Source of the DNA: Epiperipatus broadwayi
Lineage: Eukaryota; Animalia; Onychophora
NCBI GenBank assembly: GCA_028023455.1
Contig: JAQFVV010000006.1
Span: forward strand, 16,492,001-16,556,000
DNA: 64,000 bases
Direction of reading: 5' to 3'
This document shows positions 13,213-25,994 of the stretch, in pieces; position 1 is the stretch's first letter; every line of letters starts with the position of its first letter. The notes beneath the pieces are model-generated. The model did not search any database, had not been told where the DNA came from, and saw nothing but the letters and a program-made list of their open reading frames with translations. A program made the position numbers and the translations under genes.

Positions 13213-14836
13213 GTCAAATTGCGCTTGCCACCAATTGTCACCATTATATTTATAAAATAGAAAATATTGTAAAAGTAATTTTTTTGTTTTAAGGTTGTTT
13301 TAACACATTTAAAAAATGTTTTTATATAAAATATATTTTGTAATTTTATATTTTTAGAAGGATTTACAGTTTTGGGAAACTAAAAAAAAATATAGCTATT
13401 GTTAAAAGTAAGCTTTGTTTTTATTTATTTAAAATCAAATTATAGTTGTCAGTATTTTTTGTTATTTAGTTATGTTTAAAATTAATTTGAATAATAATAA
13501 TGTTTTATTTTGCAGCAAACTTTATTTAAGCAGAAGTTTATACATATGAAAACTTCAATATTGCAGAGTTGCTTTTGATTGAGTTATGTTATTTGGAAGC
13601 AAGGGTTAAATGAAATGTAAGAATGATTAAACCTTTCTCACTGTCTGACACTGCTCTATGTAGGGCAGGACTCCCAAAATTTCCCTAGGAATATATTTAT
13701 TGTTTTTAGAATTAGCTGAAGCTCCCATGTATACTTATATAAAAAGAACTATAATGATAGTTTTTCTTGATAGATATAATCTATCAAAATAATCATGTTT
13801 GCATGATACCAAAGATAAATTTAGGTGTCAAAACATTAACTTAGTCAATTTGCAATGGAAAATACTATCTCTATCCCAAAAGAAGATAAAAGATATATAT
13901 TTTATCTAAAACAATTAATTCTTTCCTAACGAATTCCATTTTGTCTAGAATTGTATTTCAGCTCAAATTCTTCACAGGTAATTTAACTCTGTTAGCGTTT
14001 GAATGATCTATATGGTCGTACTTCTATTGTCACCTTTTAAAATGGGCATAAAAATTATATATTTTAGTGTTTGTTTTTTTATTAATGTATGGCAGGAATT
14101 ATAAGCAGTGTATAAAGTTTTGTCACAGATTAAATAAGAGAATTCAATTTTTTTTTCAAAATGGAGGCACATTTTTACATTTTATTCATTTGTCAAGTAG
14201 AAACATTTATGAAGGTATTTTTTTTTTTTTTTTGGTTTTAAATTGTTTATTTGCTCATTTGAAAAATGTAAAATGTAATTATTTGTATAATTATATAATA
14301 TGTTAATAAATGAATTTAAACTTTTGTGAAATAGGAAAGAAGAAAAAAAAACCAACTCATTATTTTCATTGCTTTGTTTTTTTTATTTCCTTAAATAAAT
14401 TTTTAACATTTGTGATTTTTTTGTTCTTTTATTTATGTTAAAAATTAATTTAATAACAAATTTGATAAAAATTCCTTGTATTTGGTGTAAACACTATTGA
14501 ACTGAAGACCATATATATAGAAATATTAAATTTTGCAAAATTATTCATATATGAATCAATATATAAGTAAACCAAGTCTAATGCACATGCTCACACCACC
14601 GAATTGTTTTTTATATTTAATTTGAGTTGGGAAGCATGTTTTTTTTTTTTTTTTTATAGAGTTGATTGGAAACAAAACTTTAATTTTTTAAAATATATAA
14701 CAAAATATTTATTATATTCTATTATTTTATGAAGTATGTATATATAAATATGTGATGAAATGTTTTGACATTAATTCACATGCAACACATTACTTTATTG
14801 ATAAGCCACATATATAAACAAATCAATTACTAGCTG

Positions 14837-15870
14837 GAAATCCAAATATAGTAATATCACTATTTCCTCATGTGATGCACTGTGACTTCTTATACGAGTC
14901 AGGAATCTCTCAGCAACTATGCCCAGAGAAACCTGTTAGCCACTTTGACTTCCTTTTCCATTCCCCACCCCAAGTTTTCCCATATGAATAGATAAAATTC
15001 AGCAGCGCTACCTGGGAAACAAACACAAAGACTGAATAAAATAAAATGTAATCTTTAACATATTCACTGCAAAGGTGATACATATATTGAAAGTCAGACT
15101 AGTTTACACAGAAAGCGCTAAATTAAATGAGCTCAGATCTAATAAGGGAACATATATCATGTTACACACACTAAGCAAGATTAATCAATAGTTATTTTAT
15201 GCTTTGAAATATAAGAAATAAACCAATTATGCAACATTTTCTGAAAATCCACATATAGTAATAGAGCTCCTTGTGAAACAAACACAAAGTCAATAAAACA
15301 GCATAGGTAAAAGGTAACCCTTTATATATTTACTGCAAAGATGATACATATATTGAAATTCATGCTACTTTACACAGGAAGTGAGAAATTGAATAAGCTC
15401 AGATGTTAGTAGCTAATAAACAGATGTATCATATTACACATAGAAAGCAAGATTAATCAATAATCATTTTGTGCTTTGAAAAATTACCAAATGTAATTAT
15501 ATAAGAAATAAGTCAATTGTACAATGCTAATTGAAAATCCAAATATAGTAATATCACTCATGAATAGATACATTCAGTGGCATTATTTGTGAAACAAACA
15601 CAAAGTCTCAATCAAACAGCACAGGCAGAAGGTAACCTCTTGTTGGTTTGTTGCAAAGATGAAATTCAAGCTAGTTACCTTTTACCTGTGCTGTTTTATT
15701 CAGATCTTTTGCTTGTTTCACAGTTAGCATTGCTGAATTTGATATCTTCATGAGGAAGTAGTAATACTTCTATATTTGGATTTTCAGCTAGCATTATGCA
15801 ATTGATTTATTTCTTCTTAGGAGTTTTTCAAAGTGTAATATGATTATTGATTAATCTTCCTTCACAATTT
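14837..15870. repeat. ~290-bp tandem units (about 2.5 copies) followed by an inverted copy (foldback)
   Basis: gaaa(a)tcc(a)aatatagtaata recurs at about 14837, 15243 and 15533; arm ...aggtaaaaggtaac is mirrored by gttaccttttacct at 15675 and ctatatttggatttt near 15770. Related pieces at 16530-16680 and 35950-36270. Confidence 0.75.
14873..14983 (-). mobile_element. 5'-truncated 3' UTR of the LINE family at 57820-58230, inserted into the tandem unit
   Basis: tgatgcactgtgacttcttatacgagtcaggaatctctcagcaactatg... is nearly identical to 57834-57947 and interrupts the first 290-bp unit. Confidence 0.8.
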
Positions 15871-17126
15871 GATATATGTTAATTAATGCTTACGATTTGA
15901 GCTAGTTTAGTTTTGTGGGTACTTATGTATTAGGCAGGTGGTTTTATTCTTCATTTAAAATCATTACGATTATCTATGATTGCTTAATAGTACGTTTTAT
16001 TTAATTAGTTAATATTTACTAAGGCTGTAACCTCAGGAATGTGCGTGTGAAAATGCGATTATAGGGATCTCTACAGGTCTTAACCACAACCTTACTCTTT
16101 GGAAGAAAAGAGGGGAACCCTTCTTTACTTCAACCTACTTTCTATATAAATAGGTGAAGCTGAAGCGGTTAGATCTGAGAGCGTGAAGCTATTCAATACT
16201 TCCCTGATTAAGTCCACAGATGTGCATTTAAATAAATTTATAATTAATTAGTTAATTAAATTTAACTTTCAAAAATAAGTTGTTGAAGATCTGTAGATAA
16301 TTTTTATACCTATTATACATTCTTTATTAACTTTTAGTTACCACTGACTACTTATGCTTTAAAGAAAGTGGAGTTACTTTTTACAACTTTGTTGAAAATC
16401 ATGCTATAAATCTTTGAACATTAAATTTGTTCTTAATTAATTAAATAAAGTATACTATCAAATATTTAGCAATCATAAATAATTATAAGTAATGAAGACT
16501 AAAATTTCACCAGTGGACTAAAAGTATTGTTTTGTGCTTTCTGTGTAAATTAGCCTCTATTCCAATATACATATCTTTGCATTGAATAGTTCAAGAGATC
16601 ACCTTTTACCTCTGCTGTGTTATTCAGTCTGTATCTGTTTCACAGATAGCCCTGCTCAATTGTATCTCTTAATGAGATGGTATTAATATGATTAATTTTT
16701 TTGCTATACAAATGGACAGGACTAGACTATAAAATAATGATTTGAAAACAATGTTTTTTTTTAAATTTTTGATTAATAAAAAATTAATGGTAAAAAGAGA
16801 TTTTTTTCTAAAAAAATGAAATTGAAAATCACACACACACAAAAAAAATAGGGAGTTAATCATTTATGTATTTTTTGAAATTTTATTGTATTTGCTAAAA
16901 GTATATTTGCTTAAAAAGATTTGAATTTTTAAAATTATCAATAGATCGAGCAAAAAAAAAAAGTAGATCTGTTTAGTTTGAAAAAAAAATTATGACGTCT
17001 GTTAACTTAAAAAGATATCTTGAAAGGCAGGCACACCTGATAAGACAGTAGGACTGTTTAGAAAACTTGAAATCTAAACCCAAAAAAGTGTAATTGTTTA
17101 GAAAAAGGATTAAATTATACAAGGTA

Positions 17127-17225
17127 GTCAAGCGTTGGTAGCTGAGTGGTTAGCACAGCTGCTTTACAAGCAGTTGTCCTGGGTTTGCTTCCCTACCGAT
17201 GCTTTGACACATGAAAAAAAAAAAA
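17127..17225 (+). mobile_element. tRNA-Gly-derived SINE (TAC subfamily)
   Basis: 15-bp TSD aaattatac(a/g)aggta; GTCAAGCGTTGGTAGCTGAGTGGTTAGCACAGCTGC... Confidence 0.9.
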
Positions 17226-18204
17226 AAATTATACGAGGTAAAATATTCTAATGATAAATTCCAACACCAACCAATAATTGGCAAATAACTTATTTTGCTA
17301 ATTATTTTTCAAATAATAGGATATTAGAACTCATTTGAGCTATTTATTATAGTTACTGATTTTGAATTTGGAAATCAAAATTGGACAAATTAACAGACTA
17401 CATATTTTGTTAATATATATAAATGAATACACCATTATATATATATATGGAAAATTATGAACTTTTTTTGAAAAGATAAACTGTGTAGATGTTATTTTAA
17501 AATTTTATTAATCTGTAAAATATTATTTTGAGATAATACATAGAAAATTATTATTGACTAAATTTTAAGTAGATCTGAAAATGTTTTTTTTTTTTAAAAA
17601 AAAAACTGAATGAATTTTCAAGGAAGATCTGGATTAGAAAGTATCTATATGTATAATGTTAGACATTTCAGATTTGTAATCTAAGTTAAATCTACTTGTC
17701 ATGAAATATTACTTATATATTGTTATTTGAAAGTCTATTGAATAAAAGCATTTCATGATGTTCCAAAAACACTGTAAATATATCAGTTTTATTAAAAGCA
17801 CTGTACTTAAATAATCTCTTTAGAAAAATGTGCAAGGATTTTTGAGATCAGATTACAGCATTATTGCATGCAGAAATAAAACGACTAATAGACAAATGTT
17901 TAGATGACTAATAGTTAAAATATGATGTTATTTTTAAACCTGCCTTGCAGCTTGTCTGACTTACAATTATCTTAATTATCAATACATTTGAAAAACTCAA
18001 CTGCAGGAAGAAAATATGTATATTTTTGTTATGAAAAATAAAGTTATTCTTGAAGGAAAGAAATATAGAGGGGCCAAAAGTGAAATATGCATATTAACAC
18101 ACTTGGATGATTTTATAATTGCAAATAATTTAAGTTATTAATTAAACGTGTTTCAATTGATTATTAGGTATGCTTGGAAAAACAATTTAATAAATATATT
18201 TTTA

Positions 18205-18450
18205 CATAATTTATATGCCATTCCTACAGAGTGTATGGGACAGGAATGTGGACAATGAATAAAAAAACAGTCTAAATTGTTTGCTATTAAAATGGATGTT
18301 TAGAGAAAATAGATAAGAATATTAAAACAATAAAGGATAATAAACATCTAAAAAAAAATAGTAGTGATTAAGATTATACAAGAATCTCTGAAGAGATTGG
18401 CCACTTATGAAGGATTAATGATGCAAAAATGATAGAGAATTGAGAAGTTA
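18205..18450 (+). pseudogene. degraded RTE-type RT C-terminal fragment
   Basis: Broken frames resemble YGxxxWTxNKK...ME and IGHLxR motifs of the RTE ORF C-terminus; followed by (GA)n at about 18448-18487. Confidence 0.5.
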
Positions 18451-18455
18451 GAGAG

Positions 18456-18490
<35 letters not shown>

Positions 18491-18842
18491 AGTCAGTTGT
18501 TGACCAACTGGTACAACATTATCAGTGTAAATGGTGAGACTAACTAGAAAGAGAAAATGTTAATGGTTTAGAAAAAATGGAGACACAGCATACAAGAAAT
18601 AAATTGAATATTATATATTTTGGCTTTATTTTTGTTGATTCTTAGGGAAGGAAAAATGTTTTTTTTTTTTAAATTTCAAAATAATATCATTGTTTACCAC
18701 GAAGTCAAGAAAAAACATGATTATTCAAGAATAATTATGACTGTTACTAAATATTTTCTTGGGATAACAGCATATAAGTATTTTGTTCGCATAGTTATAG
18801 ATGTGTAAGCCCATGAAAAGAAAAGGATAACAAACAAAAAAA

Positions 18843-20325
18843 GGTACTTTCCGATTTTGCCCCATGCCACCACTTGAGGACAGTTATTCCAATAGTCGGA
18901 GATAATTATGCAGTTGCAGGGACTAATGTTTAATGACAGTCAAAGTAAAAAAGACCGAACAACAATTTTGTATTCTAACGTTTAATTAAAGTAAAAAACA
19001 AAACCAAAAATGTAAGCACTAAGTAATATACTGAAATAAACAATAATTTGGTATTTAATCAAAGAATAAAAAAAAAACAAAATAAAATATGTAATTACTA
19101 ACAAATTGGGTAGTATGTAGCGTAATCAGGAGTATTTAATGAAAATGAAAATAACAAAAGCAATTTTGTATTCTAATGTTTAAAAATTAAAGTAAAAAAA
19201 ATAAAAATCCAGAGTGAAACTAATAAAAAAAATAGTTACACTCTAAAATTGTTACAAATAAATCTTCTTGGTGCAATCGCCACCCTATGAACTCAGTTAA
19301 ATAGGAATCCATGTGTTTGTGAGCGATTTCCCTCTGTCTTTTATTGTGCCATTTAACTAGCCCCCAAAGTCTTTCTATGTTTTGGGTATGCACCCCAGTA
19401 GAAGGATCCACAAAATTATAACTGATTAATTTTAAAATGTTTAAATCTTGCATTTCTTAATTCATCAGTTGTATAGGCCTTTCAACAGTCAGAATAAATT
19501 GTTGATCCTTGTGCTATATTTTGTTGAATGGCATCAAGTACAATGGATGCTAACTGACATGGAACAATGACAATAAAACACTCTTTGGTTTCCCTGCACA
19601 AATCACCGAATAATCACTATTGTGGCAGTATTCTTCCTTGTTAGTGCTTTCATTGTGTAAAGAGACTTTCATTGACTTCTACAATTTTTCCAGGTCCTCC
19701 AATTTTGCATGATGGTCAAATCAATAAACTTTCTTTGCACACTTCTCTTAGATAATGGGTCCAAGAAACAATAGTATCTTTGCACAAATTCAATTCATGC
19801 TTTATACATTCAATTGTCATGGTAATTCTACTCCAATAATAAATAAATTAAACAGCTGTTAGAAATGTTATTTTAGAGTCCTCAAACCACATGTCTTTAT
19901 GTAACGCTACACGGTGTTGGTAGACTTTAAAATTACATCACCATTCCGGGGTTCAGGCAAAGTACAATTTCATATCATGGCCGTTAGCGCAGACTTTTTG
20001 AGAGAGCAGGATATGTTTTCTTTGGAAAGATTCCATTGCCTCACGTTCTATGGCTAGTAGATCATAAATTCTCAACATCTTGAGCATAAAAAGATAATCA
20101 ATGCAGCTTTTAATTTTAGCAAGCAAGTAATTCCATATTTGTGAAGTGCATTCTGATTTGCCATAGCGTATCATTTTGTTGTATTTTTATACAATAAATT
20201 TAAAAATTTACAAGTCACAAACTATGTGGTTTATTTAACATTAGTCCCTGCAACTATATAATTACCATTGACTATTGGAAATAAGTGCCTTCAAGTTGTG
20301 GCATAGGGGAAAATCGGAAATTACC
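18843..20325 (-). mobile_element. Merlin (IS1595/ISXO2-like DDE) DNA transposon, defective
   Basis: ~55-bp TIRs beginning GGTA (ggtactttccgatttt... / ...aaaatcggaaattacc); minus-strand remnants CANGHDMKL, KIGGPGKIVEVNESLF, CRETKECF, NFVDPSTGVHTQNIERLW, YLTEF..WR; many stops; first catalytic D reads N. Confidence 0.9.
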
Positions 20326-20535
20326 CCCAAAATTATTATTATTATAATAGTTTTAATTAAAATTTTTTTCATGTATTCCTTGATTTTATGATAACTAAGT
20401 TTGGGTAATTTGAATTTAATTAGATTTTCTTCCAGTTCTTCTGCACACTTAATTAAATCTTCTGTTTTTCTCTATATTTTTTATAGTTCATTTATTGCCT
20501 TACATATTAAAAAAAATCAAGAATATTAATTAGAT

Positions 20536-21013
20536 CAGGGGTGGGGAACCTCAGGCCCATGAATCAAATCGGGTTTCAAAAGCTCTCAATCTGGCCCTTG
20601 GATATTTTTAAAAATATATATCCCAGTATAAAACTTTTATTTAGAGCAAATATTGAATTAAGAACTGTTTCATAAAATAAAATATTTATTTTCTCTTTCC
20701 AATCTTTGTAATAGTTCTAGTTTATTCTATCAGTGGTGCAATATTCCCAAACATCATTTAAATTGTGTGGTCTATCTGACAACGGATTTAATCTAAGAGC
20801 ATTTCGCTTGCTTTTATGATGACTTTAGCAAGGGAAAGTTGAAATTGGATTTCCAGTTGCAAAGGTTACCTACCCTTAATAATTAAGGGTAAATTAATTA
20901 CATTTTTGATTAAATATAACAAATTAATTTTTAAATTGATAACTTTGTGTGGCCTGTTAATGACATTATAAAAATCCAAATGGTCCTTGGCAGAAAAAAG
21001 GTTCACCATCTCT
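20536..21013. mobile_element. hAT-type MITE
   Basis: Left end caggggtggggaacct; right end ...tggtccttggcagaaaaaaggttcaccatctcta (degenerate TIR); putative TSD aattagat/aattcgtt (6/8). Confidence 0.6.
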
Positions 21014-21150
21014 AAATTCGTTGAATAATTGTATGAAAAAAATAAGTAAAAATTTAAATCTTGTTTCAACATTTCATTACAATAGACACACACAGTATTT
21101 GCTTTCCAAATCTTGTTTATTCACAATATGTATCTATATATAACTTTGTT

Positions 21151-21363
21151 TTTATTCTCTATGTTTCAATCATATTTTATAGTCATTATCAAGTGCTGAC
21201 TTATTTGCAAAATACTGATAATTAATTTATGGAAAATAAAAAGAAAAATCCACATGAAATGAGTACATATCGTATATAAAATGTGTTATATTTATTGGCT
21301 ATAAATTATGCACTAGTAGCCCTTGATAATGACTATAAAATATGGTTGAAGTAAAAGAATAAA
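21151..21363. mobile_element. foldback with degenerate divergent hammerhead-like motifs
   Basis: Arms tttattctct..tttcaatcatattttatagtcattatcaag / cttgataatgactataaaatatggttgaa..agaataaa; each reads TTGATAA-T-GACTATA AAA TATGRTT-GAA, consistent with a decayed CTGATGA-stem II-GAAA. Confidence 0.5.
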
Positions 21364-21928
21364 TATGTATATTGAAAAAGATTGAGAATAAACATTTGAA
21401 AAAGTAAATGATGTGTGTGTGTTGTAATCTTTATTGGAATTAAACATTTCAATTGCATATTTTTACTAATTTTTAGTGTGATCAATTTTTTTTTTTTTTA
21501 ATTTAATAGTAATAAATTCTTCAAAATTTTTAAAATAAATAGTTTTTATTTATATAATTGTTTTATACTTTTATAGTAAAAGAAACATTTATTAAATTTA
21601 TAAAATAATAAAGGTTCAAAGCTAAAATGAAATGAAATACTGTAGATTATATAGTGGATTATATTATCAAATTTCACGACTTCAGTTATATGCTCACCAA
21701 AAATCAAAGTAAATAAAACAAACAAAAAAAAAATGTAAACATATAATTACTGAAAATAATGAAATTTACAAACTTATTAAAGTTTATAAATTTCAATATG
21801 GTAGCAGCCATTTTTAATTCCTCGCTAAATGTCACATAGTCGAACATCTTCTTCACAATTTAAATGCTACCTATTCCATTTTGTACTAATTAAAAGCACA
21901 TTTACTGATTTTTTTTTCAAAACGTTTT

Positions 21929-22023
21929 TTTTTTTCATATGTCAAATACGTTGACCTGGAAGCGAACCCGGGGCAGCTGTTTGGAAGGCAGCTATGCTAA
22001 CCGCTAGGCCACCAAAGCTTGAC
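21929..22023 (-). mobile_element. tRNA-Gly(TCC)-derived SINE, ancestral-type copy (tRNA pseudogene-like)
   Basis: Sense GCTTTGGTGGCCTAGCGGTTAGCATAGCTGCCTTCCAAACAGCTGCCCCGGGTTCGCTTCCAGGTCAACGTA aligns without gaps to canonical metazoan tRNA-Gly-TCC as recalled from memory (11 mismatches in 72 nt); 11-bp TSD caaaacgtttt; A tail. Confidence 0.85.
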
Positions 22024-23579
22024 AAAACGTTTTATTCTGTATATCTTACTAAATATCAATTTTTTTTTACAATCATGATTGAGAATTCAAAAAACATCAT
22101 GAACTTATTTTCATTAAAAGGGAAAATGAAAATTATTTATTTAGTAAAAAAAAAACCAAAAGAAATCTTATTCAAAAGTGGGCCATATGTATCAAAAAAT
22201 AAACCTTCTATTGTCCATTTTATATATAAAAAGCAAAGAAGTAAATTTTATTACAATATTATTTTTTAATGAATTTATTGAACACATATAACACAATTCT
22301 GTAAATATATATATGTGAATATGCTTTCTCAATTCATTATTAACAATTACATTACTATGTAATTTTTTTAATTTTGTCTGTACAGTATATGCACTTTTAA
22401 TTTATATGCAATACATACACTACAAACACAAAACATCTGTTTTATATGTATATGCATGTTAAAATGTACTATCTTAGACACTTCAGTATAATAAATAGTA
22501 TACATTCAATAATCATTGTTCTTCAAAGAAGGTGAGCTACATGCAAGGGAAGCCTGGAACAAAATATAGCAGTTTGCAACCTTAGAGGTGATGAATTTTG
22601 TCTTTTTCGTTATTGTTTCACTATACCCCAACTGCCTAAAGCTTCAAATTTAACTTGTCACATAAGACACTCTAGGAAAATATCAACACAACAAGCAACA
22701 AAACACACTCAGGATCTTCAATACAGATACACAACCATTGAAACAAAGAATTAACCCCCCTATCTAACACCCTACTAATCAACATGTAACAATAGTAGCA
22801 ATAATACATTTATATTTGGGGGGGGGGGGAGGACCTTTTTTCTGCAGTGGGCTAATTTAAAAACAGGTTTTTAAAAATAATAAAATATTTTTACTACTAG
22901 GAATTTTTTAGAATAAAATTTTCATTTAGTCATTTATAAAATCTTTCACATGAATTTAAATTTTTGATAATAAATTTCATATTTTTGATATTTGTATTTT
23001 TTTCCTGCTTCAAAATACACATAGGATGTATGTATTAGAATATAATAATGACACTGTATATTTGCTATTTTTTTTTTTTTTATGTTTAATAAATTGTTCC
23101 ATCTTTCATATATTTTCAAACCTACTATTATATCTTGTCAAATAAATTATTAGCATAACACAATGAAGAGAATGGTTTGATGAGATAATACGACTTCAAA
23201 TATTTCCCTTTAAATTTGTTTTAAGCTCAATCTATTTAAATCTTTTAAAATTTTGTCTCGGTAGAGTGACAGGTAAAGCTTTTATAAAAAGTCTTTCCAC
23301 ATTTCAAGAATCAAGTATTATTTATTGGTATTTTCTTAGAGCTTTTGGACTTGACTACATAATATAAATAATAATGTTTTCCTACTCTTTAGTTTAAATT
23401 TTAATAATTCATTTGATTATCTGTTTCTAAAACTAATTTGATCCATTTCACTTAAAGAAATATTGAGGTATAATGAAAAAAGAATAATAACTTAAGATAC
23501 TTCTCAGATGATTAAAAAAAAAATTTGAGTGGATGAAAGTTATATCTTTTCACATTGATGTTAAGAGCAAGTAATTTGG

Positions 23580-24426
23580 ATACTTCTGAGTTTTCAGAAT
23601 GACTAAGATGGCAGTCTGTATTTTTGATAAAATTTGATAAATATACAGTTTCAAGGGCTTACCAAAATGGCAGCCCATATTTCATTAACAATCTTCTGAC
23701 GTTTACAAAATTAATGTTAAATTTAAAAAAAAGAAGTAATAAATTCCAATAAATTTCTTATAAATTCTGATAAATTTCACGAATAATATTTATTTCAATT
23801 TTTTTTTGGTTCAATGTGTTTTTTTTTTTTGGAATAAATAGTGATAATGATCAAAATTTGGAATCTTCCTGTTACAGAACAGGATGTAGTAGAGTATTTC
23901 CAAAAGTATGGAATCCTATCCTCCAGAAAAGTGCATTAATGGTCATAATATGAAAGTAAAAAACATCGGGGAGAACCGCTTGGCAACAACTGGATTCCTA
24001 TTTGGCAGAATTGATATGGCATTGACTACAACAAAAACAATTTTTATTTGTAGCAGTTATCGGAGTCATTAGGGATTGCATGCTGCTGACATGAATAAAC
24101 TGTAATTATTGTATATATATTTTTGTTCTTTTTTTTTTTTTTTGTAAATGTAACTTGGGAGGTTGCAGGCTTCTTTGGGAGATTGCAGGCCTTCCAGTCT
24201 TTTTTTAAAAACATAATTAACCCACGTTCAGGAAGTAAGTAAAAAAAAAAAAAAATGAAATAAAGATTGCAATTAAATTTATAGGAATTTATTCATTTTT
24301 TTAAAATTTAACATTAATTTTGGAAAATTATTAATGAAATACAGACTGTCATATTGGAAAGCCCTTGAAACTGTATAGCAAATTTTATAAAAAATACGGA
24401 CTGTCATCTGAAAACTCTCAAATACC
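23580..24426 (+). mobile_element. internally deleted Merlin derivative with long (~130-bp) TIRs
   Basis: Arms gagttttcag..gacagtc..atacagtttcaagggctt mirrored at 24300-24426, ending aaatacc; 8-bp TSD gtaatttg/ataatttg; interior IWNLPVTEQDVVEYFQKYGIL + CINGHNMKV is homologous to the N-terminus of the 18843-20325 transposase. Confidence 0.75.
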
Positions 24427-24764
24427 ATAATTTGTATTCTACAAATTAATTTTTTTTTTCAATCTCATAACATATATACATTGTATTCTAATTTGAAATT
24501 TTAAGTTTTTCTGTTAAATCTAGCATAGTATTAATAAGACATTTAATTGGCATTCTAAGACTTGCAAATACTTACGGGAGCCACAGAACCATTCCTGAAA
24601 ATAGCAAGCCATAAATGGAACAATAATGGAAAATGAAAATTAAGAAAAAAAAATAGTGTGTGATTTTTGCATTTCTCTGCGACAAAATTGAATGAAAGTA
24701 AACTTTTGAAATTTTAATGAATGAATATTAGAATGAAAATTACGAAATTCTGATCAAGTAGTCC

Positions 24765-24945
24765 CCTCCCCCTTAAAAATATCAATGTAAAAGTTTAGTT
24801 TCAAGGAATGAGGAGTAGATCTCCCCCCCCCCCCAACATTTGTATTAACAGTAGTAATTCCTTCCCTCTAAGATATTAATGCAAAAGTTATGTAGTTTTA
24901 AAGAATGAACAGACCTCCCCTCCCCAACAACATTTGTTTTAAGAA
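24765..24945. repeat. two diverged ~88-bp tandem units with C-runs
   Basis: cccctcccccttaaaaatatcaatgtaaaagttt...agatctcccc...aacatttgt repeated as ccttccctctaagatattaatgcaaaagtt...agacctcccctcccc..aacatttgt. Confidence 0.6.
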
Positions 24946-24975
24946 GTTTTAATATTCATAATAAAGATGTGCATT

Positions 24976-25216
24976 ATGAGAACTTTCATTTTATTTCTAA
25001 GAAAAAAATCTCCAAACATTTTGCTGTTGGATTTCGGAGTGACCTTTTGTATTAGGATGGTGTTTTAGTTTATTTGTATTTATGACCTGAAGGGATGGGG
25101 GAAGTCCCTGAGTACCTATTAGATACAAAAGGAGGCTCCAAATTTGACATCATTTAAAATCCAATAGTAAAAGCATTTGAAGTTTTTTTTTCTAAAAATA
25201 AAATGAAACTTCTCAT
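24976..25216. mobile_element. MITE-like element with ~80-bp imperfect TIRs
   Basis: atgagaactttcattttatttct...ggagtgaccttttgtat mirrored by atacaaaaggaggctcc...aaaataaaatgaaacttctcat. Confidence 0.65.
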
Positions 25217-25396
25217 TTATAAATATTAAAAACATTTTAATACAAATATTGTTTAAAAGGGAGGAAAAAGTACTCATTTATCAAAACTATGCAATGTTTA
25301 TATTAATATCTTTAAGAAGGGGAAAAAACTACATGTTCATCAAAATTTTACAACTTTCATTGTTATTCATTCTTTAAAATATAAAAAGTTTATTCA

Positions 25397-25506
25397 CCCC
25401 CCCCCCGTGTCATAGCGTCGGCCGGGAAGCGAACGCGCCAACCCGCCAACCCAAGGCAACTGCTTGTAAGGCAGCTGTGCTGACCTCTAGACCACCAACG
25501 CTTGAC
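25397..25506 (-). mobile_element. tRNA-Gly-derived SINE (TAC subfamily) with a poly-G tail
   Basis: Perfect 11-bp TSD aagtttattca (25386-25396 / 25507-25517); the tail position holds C10 on the + strand. Confidence 0.9.
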
Positions 25507-25994
25507 AAGTTTATTCAATTTTATTCCAAAAAAGTACATAAAATGCATTATTTTTTATTTATGTTCATTTCTCATTACTTATTCCATTTATTGCTTTGAA
25601 TTTTCAGTAGGGGTTTGACGGTTTACAAAAGTCCCTGATTGTCTACTACACGATTATCGTATTAGTATTTAAATAAGTATAAAGTTACTATATTGATGAA
25701 GTGTTGGTTATTTTTAGGACATTGAATGAAAGTGAAGTCCAAAAAATACAGTATGTCAAGATTTCTGAATTTTTTAAAATAATACATTAATGTATAGAAG
25801 ATTAGAATATCCTCTAGCTGTCTCATGAAAATTTAATATCTCTTTAATTAATTACATATTAGTGATACTGATAAATTATTTATTTAGATATTTGAGGATA
25901 AATGAATTTTTTTTATAGCTTTGCCTTGTGTATTGATATTAAGCTTGTTAGAAATAAAGCTATATTAAATATACTGCTAATTAGAATGTTCGCC

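Noticed and set aside
13205-13250. Minus-strand GDNWWQAQ resembling an SH3 WW motif
   Set aside because: No splice acceptor upstream and no other SH3 residues.
1625-14214. Five-exon + strand gene model (1625-1695, 7220-7278, 13166-13212, 13949-13977, 14096-14214)
   Set aside because: Phases are compatible, but the exons were chosen post hoc, several splice sites are weak and the product resembles nothing I recognise.
21945-22018. Functional tRNA-Gly(TCC) gene
   Set aside because: It has a TSD and A tail, acceptor-stem mismatches and T-loop TTCGCTT instead of TTCGATT; it is treated as a SINE copy.
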